Made by a program: the position numbers and the translations under genes. Shown here in pieces: positions 61,385 to 64,000 of a DNA stretch of 64,000 nucleotides (position 1 is the first letter of the stretch; each line of letters starts with the position of its first letter). Origin of the DNA: Treponemataceae bacterium (lineage in GTDB: Bacteria > Spirochaetota > Spirochaetia > Treponematales > Rectinemataceae); NCBI GenBank assembly GCA_963677895.2, contig CAXXGJ010000018.1, positions 128,001-192,000 of the forward strand, read 5' to 3'. Under the pieces are notes generated by a model. The model searched no databases and had not been told where the DNA came from. It saw only the letters and a list, made by a program, of their open reading frames with translations.

Positions 61385-62410
61385 ATGAAAATAGTGAAAC
61401 AGCTCATATTGGATCTTACCGCAGCTTATTCCACTGTAGAACTAAAATTAAGGGGTAAGAGATATCTTGCTGTAGCAAGTGAAAATATTGGGTACCATGC
61501 TTACATAATAGACCCAGATACCCTGAACTATTCACTGCTATGGGAAGGAGAAAGTGGAGTTATGAATATTGTCCAGGTTCCTGGACAAGAAAGACTTCTT
61601 TGTATCACTAAATTTTTTCCTATCTTCCAGTCAAAGGAAACCACGATCTGTGTTTTGGAGCCGACTGATCAAGGAATTCTGTCCCCTTGGAAGATCACGG
61701 AAGTACTCAAGCTTCCTTATTGCCATAGAATAGGTATTATCCAGTCCCAAGGGGAATTCTTTATTGTAGGGTGCACTTTGTGCCAAGATAAAGATTCACA
61801 GGATGACTGGACAAAACCCGGAGCTGTATGGGCTTCTCCCATTCCAAATAAGGTGACGGGGATATGGAAATTTTCGAAGGTTTTCGAAGGACTTACGAAG
61901 AACCATGGACTGTATATCGAGAATCTCGATCAAGTATATGTCACTTCAGAGAATGGAGTGATGCATTTCGATTTTTCGACTTACAATCAAGGAGATACCA
62001 TTTTCCCCGTTTTGCTGACAACGAAGCCGACAAGTGATATTTCACTCATGAGAGATGGCCCGCATCAAATAATGGGTACGATTGAACCTTTTCATGGGGA
62101 TCTCTTGAAATTATATAAGGTTACGGGGCATGCAATTGAAGAAATAAGATCCTATTCAATTCACTTCGGTCATGTGGTATGGGTAGGAAAAGTATTTGGT
62201 AGGAATGCTGTGATTGTAGCCAGTAGAGGGGCTGAGAAAGAGCTGCTATTAATATATTGGGAATCCGACGAGACTATTGTTATTGATGAAGGCGCTGGAG
62301 CAACTCAATTATGTGTCTATCAAGAAAATGATACAACGAAAATATTTTCTGCAAACCACGGTGCAGGTGCAGTTGTGCTATACACGCTAAGCAAAGATCA
62401 AGACATTTAG
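61385..62410 (+). CDS. Hypothetical cytoplasmic protein, probable beta-propeller
   Basis: SD AAGGAG; beta-rich repeats with recurring His motifs (CHR, NHG, PFHG, FGH, NHG). Confidence 0.75.
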   Translation: MKIVKQLILDLTAAYSTVELKLRGKRYLAVASENIGYHAYIIDPDTLNYSLLWEGESGVMNIVQVPGQERLLCITKFFPIFQSKETTICVLEPTDQGILSPWKITEVLKLPYCHRIGIIQSQGEFFIVGCTLCQDKDSQDDWTKPGAVWASPIPNKVTGIWKFSKVFEGLTKNHGLYIENLDQVYVTSENGVMHFDFSTYNQGDTIFPVLLTTKPTSDISLMRDGPHQIMGTIEPFHGDLLKLYKVTGHAIEEIRSYSIHFGHVVWVGKVFGRNAVIVASRGAEKELLLIYWESDETIVIDEGAGATQLCVYQENDTTKIFSANHGAGAVVLYTLSKDQDI

Positions 62411-62441
62411 TAAATGATATCCGTCTTATAAAGTATCCCTA

Positions 62442-62588
62442 TTATAGGTGTCGGCCTCTGATGAAACGGAGCAGTACGAGCACGATCGCGATGACTAACA
62501 GGATGTGGATGAAGCCGCCCATCGTGTATGAGGTGACCAATCCTAAGGCCCAGAGCACGACTAATATGATCGCGATAAGTTCCAGCAT
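62442..62588 (-). CDS. lmo0937-family (DUF5670) small membrane protein, 48 aa; absent from the ORF track
   Basis: MLELIAIILVVLWALGLVTSYTMGGFIHILLVIAIVLVLLRFIRGRHL; SD AGGAG. Confidence 0.85.
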   Translation of the reverse strand: MLELIAIILVVLWALGLVTSYTMGGFIHILLVIAIVLVLLRFIRGRHL

Positions 62589-62766
62589 CTTTTGTCTCCT
62601 TGTATCCAGGGAATTTCTTCCCGGGGAAGATCGATGCCGTTAAGGCGCGATATCCTTCCCTGGTTTCAACAATACGCCCGCCCGTCGGCCTGGTCTGTGC
62701 GTAAGCGCACATAAGCGTAATCATTTCTTTTAGTTTGTAGGGTTTATCCGATTGATTGCCGAAAAA

Positions 62767-62800
62767 TAAAAAAGGCTGCCTTATGTAAAGGCAGCCTTTC
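62767..62800 (-). terminator. Terminator after tRNA-Ala
   Basis: Minus strand AAAGGCTGCCTT-TACAT-AAGGCAGCCTTT followed by a T-run. Confidence 0.85.
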
Positions 62801-62806
62801 CGTTCG

Positions 62807-62879
<73 letters not shown>

Positions 62880-63228
62880 GAACAGCACGGGGATAATAAC
62901 GTGAAGGCCGAGAAAATGTCAAGCGCGTAGACGTCGTCGAACGTTGTCTTTATTGCCGCGGAGTTCCGCCCGCGGGTGAGGGAAGATTTGAAGGGAAGGC
63001 CGATGCGCTGAAAAACCCCTCGGATTTTTTTCTGTCCTCAATCTGTATAAAAACCGGTTTACGAAACAGTTTACAGAAATTTTTCTATAAAAGATGCGTT
63101 TTTTTATGGAAAAATGACATATTTTTACATTTTCCGGGCTGGACAAATCCATTTCGCTGGTGTAGGGTGGCCGACAACCCCAAGGAACCGGAATACGGGA
63201 CGAGGGGAATTCGAGCACTGGGGAGACC

Positions 63229-64000
<772 letters not shown>

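Larger units (their letters stand above)
54090..62440. other. Low-GC horizontally acquired carbohydrate-utilisation islet
   Basis: Abrupt switch to AT-rich sequence and A/T-ending codons (about 40% GC by eye versus about 60%); ends about 370 bp from the tRNA-Ala 3' end; no integrase or att repeat seen. Confidence 0.8.

Overview
A ~60% GC bacterial chromosomal segment. It is most likely from a free-living spirochaete (Treponemataceae/Rectinema-like); this is inferred from the MMPL-LolA-like-barrel trio, the glycerol-3-P acyltransferase type and the SBP signal peptides. In order, the window holds: the 3' end of a histidine kinase fused to a GNAT/FeeM-LuxI-like acyltransferase domain; an RpiR-controlled sugar/sugar-acid catabolic cluster (gnd, kdgK-like, two dehydrogenases, ABC importer); a TetR-MMPL-LolA-like-outer-membrane-barrel system; trpB2; pirin with a small Cys peptide; hslO-ttcA-thpR; a sigma54-driven 4Fe-4S membrane protein operon; udk and a nitroreductase that each carry one extra base; ispH; a stand-alone arcC with ARG boxes; yajC-secDF; tRNA-Cys; a kinase-less CHASE-receiver protein; rhomboid; acyltransferase; HD-GYP; a GntR regulon (TPP enzyme-aminotransferase-asd and TRAP/TAXI) sharing a 26-bp operator; pruA; the pst/pho operon; a low-GC ~8.3 kb islet (LacI, UlaG-like lactonase, ABC importer, unknown protein) near tRNA-Ala; and ilvN-ilvC. 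No CRISPR, rRNA, integrase or transposase was seen. All annotations come from reading motifs by eye; no database searches were run.
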